Positions 12,337-25,819 are shown, numbered from the whole stretch's first letter. The stretch is 62,982 bases of DNA, filler included, from Conidiobolus incongruus B7586 (GCA_000697335.1; 20 parts of 20 records of this genome joined end to end with filler, not necessarily neighbours in it), one strand, 5' to 3'. Notes: generated by a model from the letters alone, not told the origin. Numbers and translations are program-made.

Positions 12337-13906
12337 AATTAGCTTGATAAGGTGAGTTATAAAATCAAAATTACTTATATATTTACCTATATCTTAAAAA
12401 ATACTTAATTAAATAAATTTAAATTAAAATATATAATTTACCTATATTGGTTAATTATAATTAATTATATTTGAATATAATATATTAGCTATTGGTTAAT
12501 ATATCAAAACCTAAAATTTAACCTAGGTAAGTAATAAATTTATGAGTTTATAAGTTAAAGGGTATAAATTAAAAAACTTATATATATATCTTTTTTTATT
12601 TTTGTTATATTAAATATATTATAAAACTATTAAGCTAATATTATAAAATTAATATTATAACACCTAAATCTCTCTCTAAAAAAATTTACTTATATATTAT
12701 TTTAACTTTATAATGAAAATAAATTAACTTATAAGATTATTAAAATTACTAGTGTTAACTAATCTATTATAGCTAAGGTTATTAAAAATAATGATAAAAA
12801 AACATTTAAACCAAAACTTAAGTATATTAAGATTATAATAAAACATGATGAAAAGTACATTTATAGATTAGTTATTATAAGTAAATATAATATTATTATA
12901 AAAATACAACAAGAATTACAAGACTAAAAAAAATATTAATTAATACTAATACTATTATATATGATTTATATTAGAATAGATATTACTCAAATCTTAAGAA
13001 AAAACACCCCTAACTAAAGAAGTCCCATTATAAAATTAAGCAGGAGTTTAAATGTCAATATTAAAACTGAATTGAAACTAATTAAAATAAAGTTATTTAG
13101 TTTGATAAAACAAAGATATGTTTTAATAAATCTAATAAAAAAGCTAGATATTTCAAAAAAGATAAAAAACCACCTGATAACCATTATGTTATTATAATTA
13201 TAAAATACAAAGATAGGTTAATTATAGTTTAGGAATATATATTATCTTTAGGTATAAGGTATTTTTATAAGATTAATGAGAGAATTAAAATTGAGATATA
13301 TTAAAATATTTTAAATAATAAACTGAAAAAAACTATTAAGTGATATAGGTTAAATAAATCAAACATTATTTTCTAACAAGATAATACCCTTTTTATATTA
13401 TAAATTCTATTATTAAATGGCTTAAAAATAATAAAATAACTATTATGGAATGGCCTTCTCAATTTTTTAATTTTAACCTAATTAAAATCTTTAGGATTAA
13501 TTAAAAAAATCAATTAAGATTTTCCCCTTAGCAAAAAATTTAGATTAATTTTAAGAGTATATTTAAGAAGCTTAAAATAATATTAATCTTGCTTAATATA
13601 AGAAGCAAGTTGATTTTATACCCCACAAACTTAAAAAAGTTAAAAAAGCAAAAGTTAGATACACTAGATATTAATTTTTCTATTAATACTAAAATTTATA
13701 AATTTATAACTTATCTTAGATATACTTTTAATTTTAATATATCAGTTAATAATTAGATAAATTTAACTTTATATATTATATTTTAAATAGAAAATATATA
13801 TTAATTACATAATTTAATATAAGTTTATTTAAATTAAAATTGATTAAGATATTATTAGAAATTTTAATATTTTTAATTTTATGACTTATTTTTAAAATCT
13901 AGAATA
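12337..13906 (+). mobile_element. Full-length (~1.57 kb) degenerate Tc1-family DD34E transposon
   Basis: Reverting T>C/A>G gives W-SKVIW-SDE-TK...KHGGGSIMVWGC...IIFQQDN...KW....MEWPSQSPDLNPIE; literal 'ttc taa caa gat aat' and 'atg gaa tgg cct tct caa' survive at 13371-13462. TIRs ggtgagttataaaatc ... ttttatgacttatt. Ends approximate. Confidence 0.9.
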
Positions 13907-16137
13907 TATACCCTTATTTAAATAAATTTAAAATAAGATTTTTCTANNNNNNNNNNNNNNNNNNNNNNNNNNNNNNNNNNNNNNNNNNNNTTAATTAATT
14001 AANNNNNNNNNNNNNNNNNNNNNNNNNNNNNNNNNNNNNNNNNNNNTAAAATTAAAACAACTAAAGTTAATCAAAATATTAACAAGTGTATCTATAAAGT
14101 ATTTAGTTAAAACAAATAATAAGATGATAATTAAAGGTAAAAAATCACAAAATAAATTAATTACTAAAATATTTTTAATTTCTAATGATTTATTAAGTTA
14201 AATCTCTTTAGTATATATAATTTAACTTGTAGAATCATTAGTTTATTGGAACTTTGGTAGATTAAATTAAAATCTATTAATTAATTATAAAAAATATGAT
14301 TCTAAGGTTATATTAATAATATTTTAATTTAACTTATAATTAATAAATTAAAATTATCGTAGTTTAAATTAATATTATTTCTTAAAAGAATATTTGTTAA
14401 CTTTATAGTTAATTTAAGTCTTTTAACAATAATAGCAATTTTTATTAATTTTTAAATAGGTTTTAACTTTTTTACTAAATTTTTTCTTATAAAACTTTAA
14501 AGCAAAAACATTTATTATTTGAGATTTAAGTAGGTTAAGGTAAATTTTAAAAGATTAATTTTTTAAGTGAAAAAATTTAATTATAGAATAAAAGATATTA
14601 TTAATCACAGTTACTATATCATAAATATCAAAAAAAGATATATTATTAAAATATTCCTTATTAATTCATTATAGCTTTACTTAAAAATTAAAGCTTTATA
14701 TTAACTCTAAATTTATTTTTCTTTAGTTATATTTAATATATTTAAGTGTATCTTATTAAATTTCTTAATCAATTATCTTATAAAAGTTTTTTATTTAAGT
14801 TGGGAAAACTTTTCTTTTATTAATTAAAATTAATCTTTTAAATAATATCTTTTTTTAAAGGTTTTCTCTAATTGTTTAAAAGTTTTTATTTTTATAGTAA
14901 ATTATCCTCTTAAAGATTTTTTAGGATTAAGTTTATAATAAGTTAATTATTAAATATAAGTAGATTTTTCTAAAAAAAAGTAGATAATTTAAAGATATTA
15001 TTTAAATCTTTATTAAGAATTAAATTAAAATAATTCTTTATATTTTTATTATAGTTTTTAAGCTTATAAAGGTTTTTAAAACTATCATAAATAGTGAATT
15101 TATTTTTAAAAATATTAAGAAGATAATTTAATATATTAACAATAGTAAAATAACTAGTTTGTTAGATTTAAACTATTTAAGTTATATTTTTCTTAATTAA
15201 AAATTATTTAATATAAGTTTTTTAAAGGGTAATAAACTTTTAAAGATTAAAATCTTAAATTTATTTAATAATTATATTATTATCATTATTAAAATAATAA
15301 AAGGGTATTTATTTTAATGTTATAATTATATATAATATTAAAATTAAATAANNNNNNNNNNNNNNNNNNNNNNNNNNNNNNNNNNNNNNNNNNNNTTAAT
15401 TAATTAANNNNNNNNNNNNNNNNNNNNNNNNNNNNNNNNNNNNNNNNNNNNTATTTTAATATATTAATTAATAGTTAATAAAATATAATCAATTATAGTT
15501 TATTATAATTTAATATTAATAATTTAATTCAATTTAATTGAAAGTTAATTAAGTTACAAATAAATATATAAATGATTTTAATTTTATAATAAATTTTTAT
15601 AAGTATATATACAATGGATATTATTATTGAATATCAATAGTAATATTATAATATTCTAGTAAATATTACCAGCAAAAGTTAAATAGAATAGTTGAGTATA
15701 TTTAAATTTTAATATATTAATGCTTTAAATTAGTAAAAAAAGATTCAAATATAAAACCATATATTTTATATAATAATAATATATACAACAGTAATTATCA
15801 AAGATTTGTTTTTAAAAAAAACCTGATCTTTAGTATTATATTCACCTGATATGAATTTTTATGATTATAATTATTATGATATATTGAAGGTTTGATTCAA
15901 GAAAGGAGATTTGATAATAACCAAACATTATATTTCAAAATTAAAAGTTTAATTTTAAAGGAAAACTATATATGAGTTAAGTAATTACCATTAGTATAGA
16001 ATTCTATTATAAAAATACAAGGAAGTAATTAATTATAAAAATCATATTTTTTTAAACTTTATTTTGTTAAAATATAAATTTAAAATGAGTGAAGTTATTT
16101 AAACGATTATGTAATTGGCATAATATTTTATTTGTTA

Positions 16138-16168
<31 letters not shown>

Positions 16169-17059
16169 TCATAAATCGTTTAATATTTTGTATATATATC
16201 AAAATTATTAACAATTAACTGAAAGTTGATATTATATATCAATATTTGAATTACTGATGAGATGAAATACTTATGTGAAAAAAATGAGTGGTATATTGAT
16301 AGATGATATCATAATCCAAAAGCAAAATTGGACTGTCTAAAATCAAATAGTATGACCAAATTTAGAATAAAAGAAAGCGGTTATTATAGAATTAATATAA
16401 ATGTTAATATTTAAATGAAAAAAGATGGATATAACTCAAAATTATATAGCCATATTGAATAGTTTATTATTTTTAATTGTCGTTTTAAATTAAAAGTGAA
16501 ATTCATATTTAAAATTAATCAAGTTCTCGAAAAGTATGAATTATTAAAATAAATTTTTAGTTTTCATTATGGAGAAAATCCAAATTTAGCCAATGATCCT
16601 TAGTATCGAAATACACTTTTGGTTCATAATCAAAAATGCAATGAAAAATGATTTAATTTTATGAATTTAAATTGAAGTTTGATAAGAAGATGGTTTGCAA
16701 GATAGTGTGGTCATATGTTTAATAAACTAAATCATTTGATTTTGATATAAACTCAAATGCTAGTTCATTAAGTAAATAAAGAATTTAGAATGAGGTAAAT
16801 GCAGTCATATGGACAATAATACTCATGATCATAAAGGTATTTATTAGGGCAGAATTAAATATCTCCTTAAATTAATATTTAGATCAGTATAATTTTAAAT
16901 ACGAATAGGTTTAAATATGGTTTGGTAATAAGGTGATTAAAGGGCTGAGGTGGAATATGAACTCTTAATTTCTCTGCATTCTCCTGACTATTTTTAAGAA
17001 TCAGTTACAATGCAATGAGCTCACTCCTGACAGGCGATTGGATAAAATTCACTATTGCT

Positions 17060-17174
17060 CCTATAACGTCACGTCATAGGTTGGTATTCTTAATTAGGAT
17101 GAATAACAAAATGGATAGGTCATTTGATAAACAAACCCTATTTGATAGGTTCTTATTCTGGTATACTATAAATA
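17060..17174 (+). promoter_or_regulatory. Putative F-box gene promoter: dyad with tandem ACGTCA (CRE/ATF-like) sites and a TATA box
   Basis: cctataACGTCACGTCAtagg (17060-17080, near-palindromic); TATAAATA at 17167-17174, about 60 nt before the ATG. Confidence 0.4.
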
Positions 17175-17232
17175 CTGTTTGAGCCTTTTATTATATCAAG
17201 TTTCTTTAGCTCATTTGTATATTTTGGAAAAC

Positions 17233-18039
17233 ATGGCGCATTTAGACAAACAAACTGACAGTCTAGCATCTTTTGATTCACTGCCTGTTGAGATAATAGA
17301 GAATATATTCCATTATGCAGGGATTACTGCTGCTTCCAATATTCTACAAACGTGTCGACTGTGGAGACAGCTGGAGCTCAACATCCTTCCCTCTCTTCTC
17401 TCTGATACTCATACGATACTGAATGTCACTCAGGAGACTCACTGGCAAATATGTGCCAAAATGAAATTTGTTGCCTTTGATCCTATTACTCACCATGCTT
17501 TATTTGAAGTTGTTAATCATCATTTCTCTCGATTTTACTATGCTATCCTCATTTCAAGACCGATTTTACGCAATATTAAGTTAGTCACCTCAATAGGATC
17601 TGCTCATCTGTCTCTACCACATCCACCCAGACTCCAAACTAAAAAGTCTGGTGTATATCATGCCACTTCACCCAATGGCGAAGCTTCTCTATTATATCGA
17701 GTTCAAGATAACGATGATATTGGACGAATCCCATCAAATCCAGATCATGAAAACGACCGCTGGATTACACCATTATCCTTTAGATGCTCGATTCATTTAT
17801 TCACCAATCTCAACTTGACCGATGGCCAGTCTACATATCCTGAAAGCAGCAGATGGCATGCGCCTAGGATGCTTATCAGCGAAGCAATAACAATCAAACC
17901 CCTCTTCAATTTCAGAGGCAAAGAATCCCCATTCTTAGCCTATAGTGACACATATATTCCAAACAAATCTCGAATCCCCATAACCGCTTCTCCAGTCTGT
18001 GCCTCAACATGGAAACGAACATCTGTAATATCACAATGA
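17233..18039 (+). CDS. F-box domain protein, 268 aa (ATG at 17233 rather than the TTG of the ORF track)
   Basis: N-terminal F-box FDSLPVEIIENIFHY...NILQTCRLWRQL; GC much higher than the flanks; C-terminal part unrecognised. Confidence 0.8.
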   Translation: MAHLDKQTDSLASFDSLPVEIIENIFHYAGITAASNILQTCRLWRQLELNILPSLLSDTHTILNVTQETHWQICAKMKFVAFDPITHHALFEVVNHHFSRFYYAILISRPILRNIKLVTSIGSAHLSLPHPPRLQTKKSGVYHATSPNGEASLLYRVQDNDDIGRIPSNPDHENDRWITPLSFRCSIHLFTNLNLTDGQSTYPESSRWHAPRMLISEAITIKPLFNFRGKESPFLAYSDTYIPNKSRIPITASPVCASTWKRTSVISQ

Positions 18040-21000
18040 ACATAATAGAAAACCAATAAAATAAAAAGTTAATAATAATATATTAAGTTCGTTAACTATT
18101 TCTATTCTGTAATTCTTTTCAAAGTTTAATTAACATTTTTCACATAATTTTGATTTTTAGTTACAAAATTACCTAAAATTGAAATTCTTATATAGTTAAT
18201 TCTTGTCTAGATTTTTTATGTAAATTTAATTTAATCAAAATTTGATAATAGATATAATTTGTACTATAATTTCTATTATTATCCTTGAAATAATATAAAT
18301 TACCTATTTCTAAATATATATTTTTATACATTTTATTATTTTATATTAATTTAAAAAACTAATCTCACATTAACATTATTTCAATCGCAACCTGGGATCT
18401 CCTAATTTAGTCAAGAATTTGACTGAAAAAAGTAGTAATATTATAACTAATCTAAGTAATAAGTTTGAAAAAAATATAAATCATTGATAGAAAATTTTCT
18501 TTTTAGGCCAATTGTATTGAAAGTAATAGAAATACAATCTAGAATTAAACCATTATAAAAATACCTACAAAAGATAACTTGGCTAATTTATTAATTACCG
18601 ATCATATTAAATTATATCAGAATTATTCAATATAATTTTTGTACTATTAAAGTTAAAAAAACACTAAAATTTTAAATATAATTTATTATACATATATATT
18701 TTGCTAAATTTGATATTTTCTCCCTTTAAAATAAATATAAATTTATATTTCATTTTTAATGTATGATTTAATATAAACATTAATTCAAAATTGGTTCAGG
18801 GATCATGTTAAGCCAATATTTTGTAAAATATTATCATTAAATTTTGAATATTATATACAATTATTTTATTTATGATATAGTCAATTCAATTACTAAATTA
18901 GGTAAAATTGGATTGATCAAATTATTCAATCTTTAAATATATTCAAGATTGAAAGATTATATAGTATTTTTGACTTAACTCTAAGATATGATATTATATT
19001 TAAAGAATAATAATAATTTTATTTGAATTTATGGCTCCAATAGGTAAAACCATCATCTTTTTCTTTATAAATATATATTGTTTTTTATTTTGAAGTATTG
19101 AAAAAAAATATAAAACAAATATTATGATTTTTATTTAGAAAAAAATAGATATGATTAATAAATATCAAAACATTAGATTTTTAATAAAATTTTTTTTTAA
19201 TTTTCAGGGAATTGATGCAATGATATTTCAATTTATTAAAATATAAATAATTTATAAAAATATTAAAATCTAAGTTTATATTTAATAATAAACTTTTAAA
19301 AATAAAGTGATAATTGTTTTGAATTTGATATTATAATAAAATTAATACCATCTATGCTTGAAATTTATAAAAAACAGATATAAAACTCAGTTTTAAAATT
19401 TTATTATTATTATAAATATATAATAAAGCTTTTTTGAAATTTTAAATATAGTATATATTTATTAATTTATTTTTNNNNNNNNNNNNNNNNNNNNNNNNNN
19501 NNNNNNNNNNNNNNNNNNTTAATTAATTAANNNNNNNNNNNNNNNNNNNNNNNNNNNNNNNNNNNNNNNNNNNNATCCTGATAACCATTTATGAAACTGT
19601 ATTATAATTTATATTTTATAAATTAATAATGTTTCCTAAGCAATAAATATAAATAATATTCATATATTAAAAGATTTTATAATATATTTTATTGAAAATA
19701 TATTTTTTATTTATTATAATCTCAAATATTATAATTGAATCTCTTATTTTTATTTAAATTGCAATTATAGTTTTATTTTAATATTTTAATTATTTTTTTA
19801 ATATTCGAAAATAATTCTAAAATATTAATAATAATATTGTATTTAAATATAATAAGTTTAATATCAATAAATATTTTAAATTAATAGTTTTATAAGCAAA
19901 GTTAATGAAATTAAACAAAGGAATATAATAATATACTTTGATATCAGTCTTTTATATATCAGTATAATAGTATGTATAGTTTAAATTATTTAAAATATAA
20001 ATTAAAGAATAATGCACTTGATTCTTCAAAACTGATCCAAAATTATATAATAGTATACATCAAATATACTTGATTTGTCATAAAATAACATTTTGGAAAA
20101 ATTATAATAGTACAGATTATTTCCAATAATAATATTAATATTATTCCTCATATTAACTGGGAAATTGGATAAAAGGCAACATTCATTGAATGACGCAGCA
20201 TCAATATAAATATTTATTTGGTTAACCACTCTTAAAATTAATTTTAATTCATTTATATTAAATTTTTGAATATAATATTTAATTAATGTTGTGAAATTTG
20301 AAATAAACATTAATTGCTATATTAAACTCTTTCTTAATTTTTAACAATTGAAAAATTAATAAATTTGAAATATTAACAATAATATAAGTTAATTAAGAAT
20401 AATTATTAAAATAATAGTATTCGTATTTGGATATTGAATCAGTTTGATTAAATTCTAAATCTAAATCTTTTGATTGTTTAAATAAAAGATTATTGAAAAT
20501 TTTAATTTATAAATGAATATAAGAAAAATTTTGTTTTGAAATAATTAAAAAATATATTTCAGGTGTTTGAATAGTAAATATAATTCAATAATATTGTTTT
20601 AATAGAACGAATAATAATATCTTGAATTTAATCTCAAAGTGATAAAAATATTACCTTGAAATTAAAAAAAGCAAATTGTTAAATTTTTAATCTTTGATAT
20701 ATATAATCAATTTTTAAAAATATATTTATACAGAATATATTAAAAAGTATATAGTTATATATATTGCTTATTTCTGTCCAAAAATTATAATTTGAAAATT
20801 TATTATGTAATTTAATTTTATCTCAAACCAAATACTAATTATCAATAGTTTTTTATTTTTATATCAATATAACCTAATTATAAATAATTTAAAATTATTT
20901 GAAATCTACATAAAGGTTTGTACTATAATATTTTATTTAAATCAACTATTTGTCATTAAATATATACTTTAAATTAAATTAATAATTATTCAAAAATTAT

Positions 21001-21158
21001 AAATAATAAATCAAAATAATCATAATAATGTCTATTTTAATTATTAATAAACTAGAAANNNNNNNNNNNNNNNNNNNNNNNNNNNNNNNNNNNNNNNNNN
21101 NNTTAATTAATTAANNNNNNNNNNNNNNNNNNNNNNNNNNNNNNNNNNNNNNNNNNNN

Positions 21159-22130
21159 TATAAGTAAAACTTAAACATAAACTCTCTAAAATTATTTAAA
21201 ATTTATAAATAACTTTTGGTAATGAAACATTATCTTAATTAACTATTTATTATTAGGTAAATTATTTTAATATTAAGAGAGAAATTATTTAAAACCTATT
21301 AAAATTTAAAAGACTAACTATAACTATTACTTTTTTAATTATTAATAGATTAAAAAAATATATTAAAATTTATCTTTTTATTTCAGCTAAAGAGTTTTTT
21401 AAGAACTTAATTATTAGTTCTATAAGTATTTTAAATATTAAAGTTTAAACTTAAATTAATAAATAAAAATATAAAATAAGTATTTTATTATTTAACTAAA
21501 GTTTAGAAAAAAGTTAAAATATCTAATATTAAGTAAAACTTACTATAATATTACTAAAAATCTATGACTTTATAGTAATAATTACAATTAATGAATCTCA
21601 AACCTTTATGTATAGTTTTTTATTAAAATAAAAATTAAAATATTAGATTAAATTAAATTAACTTTTTCTATAAATCCCTTTAAATAAATATTAATTATTA
21701 TATTAGATTATAATAATATATATTACTTTTATTTTGTTCTGAAAGGAAAATCAATTAATAATAAGCATTATATTGCTTTTTTTAATAAAGATATTTTTAA
21801 TTAATGTTCTTAATATAATTTAAAAAAACCTATTAATTTTTATAATAATTATAAAATATATAAATTTAAAATTGTAAAAAATTTCCTAATTAAAAATATC
21901 TAGAAAAAACTACCATATCTAGTATATTCCCTAGATTATAAGTTATATGATTAAAATTACTTTAGGCAATTAAAAAACCAATATATAAAAAAGAAAATTT
22001 TTGCAAAAAAATTTAATTAATTTGTAAAATATCAAATTTCAGTCTTTAATAAAAAAAATTATTTTTTAAATATTAGAAGTTTGCTAAAAATATAGCAAAA
22101 AGTTGTTAATAATAAAAGAAATTATTAAAT
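21159..22130 (+). mobile_element. Degenerate mariner-family (DD34D) transposase relic
   Basis: 'tag aaa aaa cta cca tat cta gta tat tcc cta gat tat aag tta tat gat' is a WEKLPHPVYSPDYNPCD relic (mariner YSPDL motif); collinear with the copies at 28, 43 and 59.6 kb. Confidence 0.82.
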
Positions 22131-23174
22131 TTATATTCTATATCTATTTTTATATATTATATATCAAAATAATTATTTATTTTTAATTGCAAAAAATTCC
22201 CATTATTTAAAATACAAAGTAATAATATAGATAATAATTCTATGATATTAATTTAAAATAGAAAATTTATGATTTAGTATATAAAAAAAATAGAATCAAA
22301 TTGTAATATTATAATATATTAATTTGTTAATAAATGCTAAATATGTAAAATTCCATATATCACAAGATTTAATATATATATATTAAATTACTCTGATATT
22401 AATATAATTCAAGCAAATATGTTTAATAATATACAATAAGATTTATAATTATTACAACAATATTTAATTATAGTCTTACATATCCTCAATCATTTAAAAT
22501 ATGATATTTTATATATTCAATAAGTTATTACATTTTTAATTTAACCTTTTGAAATTTTTCAAGTTTTTGATTTATTAAGAAAAAGAAAAAGAAATAATTA
22601 ATAATAATATTCCATTTGATTGTATGAAAATTTAAAGTTATATTTTTTATATTAAAGCTTACAATAAATTGTTTATTTCCATTATGATATCAATTAGAAA
22701 AATCTTATATCTCATAATTTCTGTCAATTAACGAATTTGAATAAATGTTGATTTAATTATCTCTTATTGACTAAATCGATAAATTTTATCTAATATATTT
22801 TTTATTTATAATAATTATATGGAATTAAAAGTTATATTTCTAATAGAATCTATAAAATAATATTATACCAAAATTTAATTTATCAATTATAAAATCTAAC
22901 TAATCATTTATTATTTCAACCTACCAAAGTAATCTTCAAATATTATTGTTAATATTTCATTAAATCAGTATTTTCAGTGTTCTAAATAATCTATATAAAT
23001 TAATTTTTAATCATTTATATTAAAATTCAATAAAATATATTAAATAAGAACTTATATTTCCATAGCATTATTTACTAATAAATAGATAAATAAAATTTAT
23101 GTTAATAAAAGTATTATTTGATTCCGATAGTAATAATATATGTTATAGATTATATTGATACAGATCTAATATAC

Positions 23175-23395
23175 TGACGTCAAGACTATATACATTTTAG
23201 TAAAGCTTGGTAAATATATAGTATATGATTTATAAAATCTAATCACAATTTTATATTTTATATTGAAGCCTAAATATCCTTATAGAAGTTAATCCAAGTT
23301 GTTGGAAGTCTAGTTATGTCATATGACATGGTTGCTAATTGTAGTGCTCTTTAACCCTATTGGTAAAATGGTTGGAAATTAATATAATATATAAA
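23175..23395 (+). promoter_or_regulatory. Putative POP promoter: CRE palindrome, 14-bp palindrome and TATA box
   Basis: TGACGTCA 23175-23182; ATGTCATATGACAT 23316-23329; TATATAAA 23388-23395; ATG at 23462. Confidence 0.4.
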
Positions 23396-23461
23396 TACTC
23401 CCACATATTCATCAGATTTTGTTGAGTTGCATTGAACTCTGATTCTATAATATAATTTGAT

Positions 23462-25690
23462 ATGAAGCCATTATTAATAATACAAGGTTTAGGACTATTT
23501 TTAATTGTCAATGGTCAAGAATTGAAGCTTAGAGATCAATTTATCAAAAAAGACCTTTTGGACTTGACTGGTGACTGGAAATACCCTTCAGCTCCCAATG
23601 ATTCAAATGCTAAGGATGCTTTTTTTGGTACTGAAGTTAAAAATCCTTACAAACCTCTGCAGAATCCTTTCGATCAGAAGACTGAAAAATTTATCAATGA
23701 TCAAAATGATTTTACCAAACGTTATCTAAACCTTGATCTTACAAGAGAATCCATTAGAAGTCAGCTACAGCGCCTCAATAATTATGAACGCTTTGGATTA
23801 ACTCAAGTTGTCAATGGTACAACTTATCAGCTTTACAATCCGGGTACCTACTCTCAAAGTATTTTGACCAAGCAAATTGGTAATGGTAGCAGACAAACTG
23901 TAGTTGATCCAAGGCAATTATTCGAGAAAGAATTCTCCCAGATCTCAACCTTTAAAGTTTCTAAAGATGGTAGATACTTGGCATATATCCTCCGCCGCAA
24001 AGGCTCTGACTGGGAAAGTATCTATGTGGTAGATTTAAAGACTGGTAAGCAAACTCAAGACGAAATTTTATGGGCTAAATTTAACGATTCAATCGATTGG
24101 GATGATAAATCCACTGGTTTCTACTATTCCAAATATAAACAGCCCAATGGATTAAGCTTTGATAAAGCTGGTCTAGAAAATAACAAATCTATCTATGAGG
24201 GTTACAAATTTCACAAGATTGGCACCAGCTCTAACAAAGATACTCCCCTTAATGAAGATCGATCTTTATACACTCCTGATACTGTTCAAAAGATTCACGT
24301 CGTTAACGATCGTTACACTGTTATAATTTCCCAAAAAACCATCTCTGCTGATGAAACTCATGGCTCTGGCTCCAAGGCTATTTTAATTGATAATAGAGCT
24401 CGTGATAGAAGTATCGATTTTGCACTCTCTAGTGATGGCAATAATTTTATCGAATTTGTCTCAGCTGATAACGAAGGCATGTATTTCATCACCGATATCG
24501 GGGCTCCTAATCGTCATTTAGTATTGGTCAAATTCAATAATGTACACAATTTTGAGGTTATCGTTCCCCAAGCTCAACAAGGTCTTTTATACCAAACTAT
24601 TACTGGAAAGGATAAAAAAATCAGATTCTATCATTGGGATGGTATTTCTTTCATCCAATACGTCAAGGACGGCCAAACTACTGCTATTGATATTGAAATT
24701 CCATTCGGAGATGCCCACTCTCCATTCTTATCTGAAGATGGCAAAATTTTGACCTTTTCATTGAGATCTTTCCTTTACGTTTCCCAAACTTACGAATACA
24801 ATTTTGAAACTAAAACCTTGAAACTCAAGAATCAAGTTGAGGCAGATGGTTTCAATGCCAGCGACTTTGTTCAATATCGTACCTTCTATAAGGGTAAAGA
24901 CGGTCAAGAAATTCCCATCTTACTCGCTCACTCAAAGAACCTCAAGCCAAACAAATCTACTGGTGGTATATTGTATGGTTATGGTGGTTTTAATATTCAA
25001 CAACATCCATCTTTCCGTCCTCATTGGGCCTATTTGATGAAGGAAAAGAACTTCATCGTTGCAATAGCTTTGATACGTGGTGGTGGTGAACGTGGTTCAG
25101 ATTGGTGGAAAAAAGCTGTCAAATTGAATAAGCCATTATCATACCAAGATTTCGCAGCAGCAGCAGATTTTTTACAAAATGATCCCAAGTACGGGTTTGT
25201 TAGTAATAAGAAATTGTTTATCAATGGTCGTTCTAACGGTGGTTTGCTAACAGCTGCTACATGTAACCTCATTCCTGACAAGCTCGGAGGCTGTATTGCT
25301 GATGTTGGTGTGCACGACCTTCTCCGCTTCCAGTACTTCACTGCTGGTGGTGGATGGGTAGGTGATTATGGAGCTTCAACCGATTCCAAGCAGCAATTTG
25401 AAACTATTCGCAGTATTTCACCCCTCGAAAATCCCTTACCAAAGTCAAAATCGAATATTACATATCCACATTATCTTATCAATACTGCTGATTATGATGA
25501 TCGTGTATCACCACTTCACTCTCTTAAACTCGCGGCTACCATTCAAGCTAAGAACTTTAAATCACCTAATCCTACACTTCTTTACGTCGCTCGCAATTCT
25601 GGCCATGCTTCATCTAATTTGCCAGTTAATATTGAATGGCAATTAGATATGATATCTTTAATCAATATTAGTTTAGTCTTATTAATTTAA
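23462..25690 (+). CDS. Prolyl oligopeptidase (S9A), 742 aa, intronless, with predicted signal peptide
   Basis: FGTEVKNPY N-terminal segment, beta-propeller (GSDW, KF), LYGYGGF, RGGGERG, nucleophile GRSNGG, DLLRF..FT.G..W..DYG, acid ADYDDRV, His NSGH; N-terminus MKPLLIIQGLGLFLIVNG|QE is signal-like. Confidence 0.95.
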   Translation: MKPLLIIQGLGLFLIVNGQELKLRDQFIKKDLLDLTGDWKYPSAPNDSNAKDAFFGTEVKNPYKPLQNPFDQKTEKFINDQNDFTKRYLNLDLTRESIRSQLQRLNNYERFGLTQVVNGTTYQLYNPGTYSQSILTKQIGNGSRQTVVDPRQLFEKEFSQISTFKVSKDGRYLAYILRRKGSDWESIYVVDLKTGKQTQDEILWAKFNDSIDWDDKSTGFYYSKYKQPNGLSFDKAGLENNKSIYEGYKFHKIGTSSNKDTPLNEDRSLYTPDTVQKIHVVNDRYTVIISQKTISADETHGSGSKAILIDNRARDRSIDFALSSDGNNFIEFVSADNEGMYFITDIGAPNRHLVLVKFNNVHNFEVIVPQAQQGLLYQTITGKDKKIRFYHWDGISFIQYVKDGQTTAIDIEIPFGDAHSPFLSEDGKILTFSLRSFLYVSQTYEYNFETKTLKLKNQVEADGFNASDFVQYRTFYKGKDGQEIPILLAHSKNLKPNKSTGGILYGYGGFNIQQHPSFRPHWAYLMKEKNFIVAIALIRGGGERGSDWWKKAVKLNKPLSYQDFAAAADFLQNDPKYGFVSNKKLFINGRSNGGLLTAATCNLIPDKLGGCIADVGVHDLLRFQYFTAGGGWVGDYGASTDSKQQFETIRSISPLENPLPKSKSNITYPHYLINTADYDDRVSPLHSLKLAATIQAKNFKSPNPTLLYVARNSGHASSNLPVNIEWQLDMISLINISLVLLI

Positions 25691-25819
25691 TCCAACTCTT
25701 TTAAATTATATATATACCATATATTTGTAATTAAAATTCATCTTATCTCGTATTCAATTTTTTGACTTTTAATAAAATACTTAATTTTGAATTTTAAGAA
25801 ATAATTTATATTACCGGCA

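Noticed and set aside
14047..15351. Probable further hypermutated TE relic (also 49300-51383 and 5950-6750)
   Set aside because: Texture resembles the eroded transposons, but I could not recover diagnostic RT, integrase or transposase motifs.
8009..25690. P450 + F-box + prolyl oligopeptidase as an omphalotin/amatoxin-like RiPP cluster
   Set aside because: Gene content echoes the oph cluster, but no borosin methyltransferase-precursor or MSDIN-like ORF is visible, the POP looks secreted, and the genes lie on different contigs separated by TE relics. A precursor hidden in a gap cannot be excluded.
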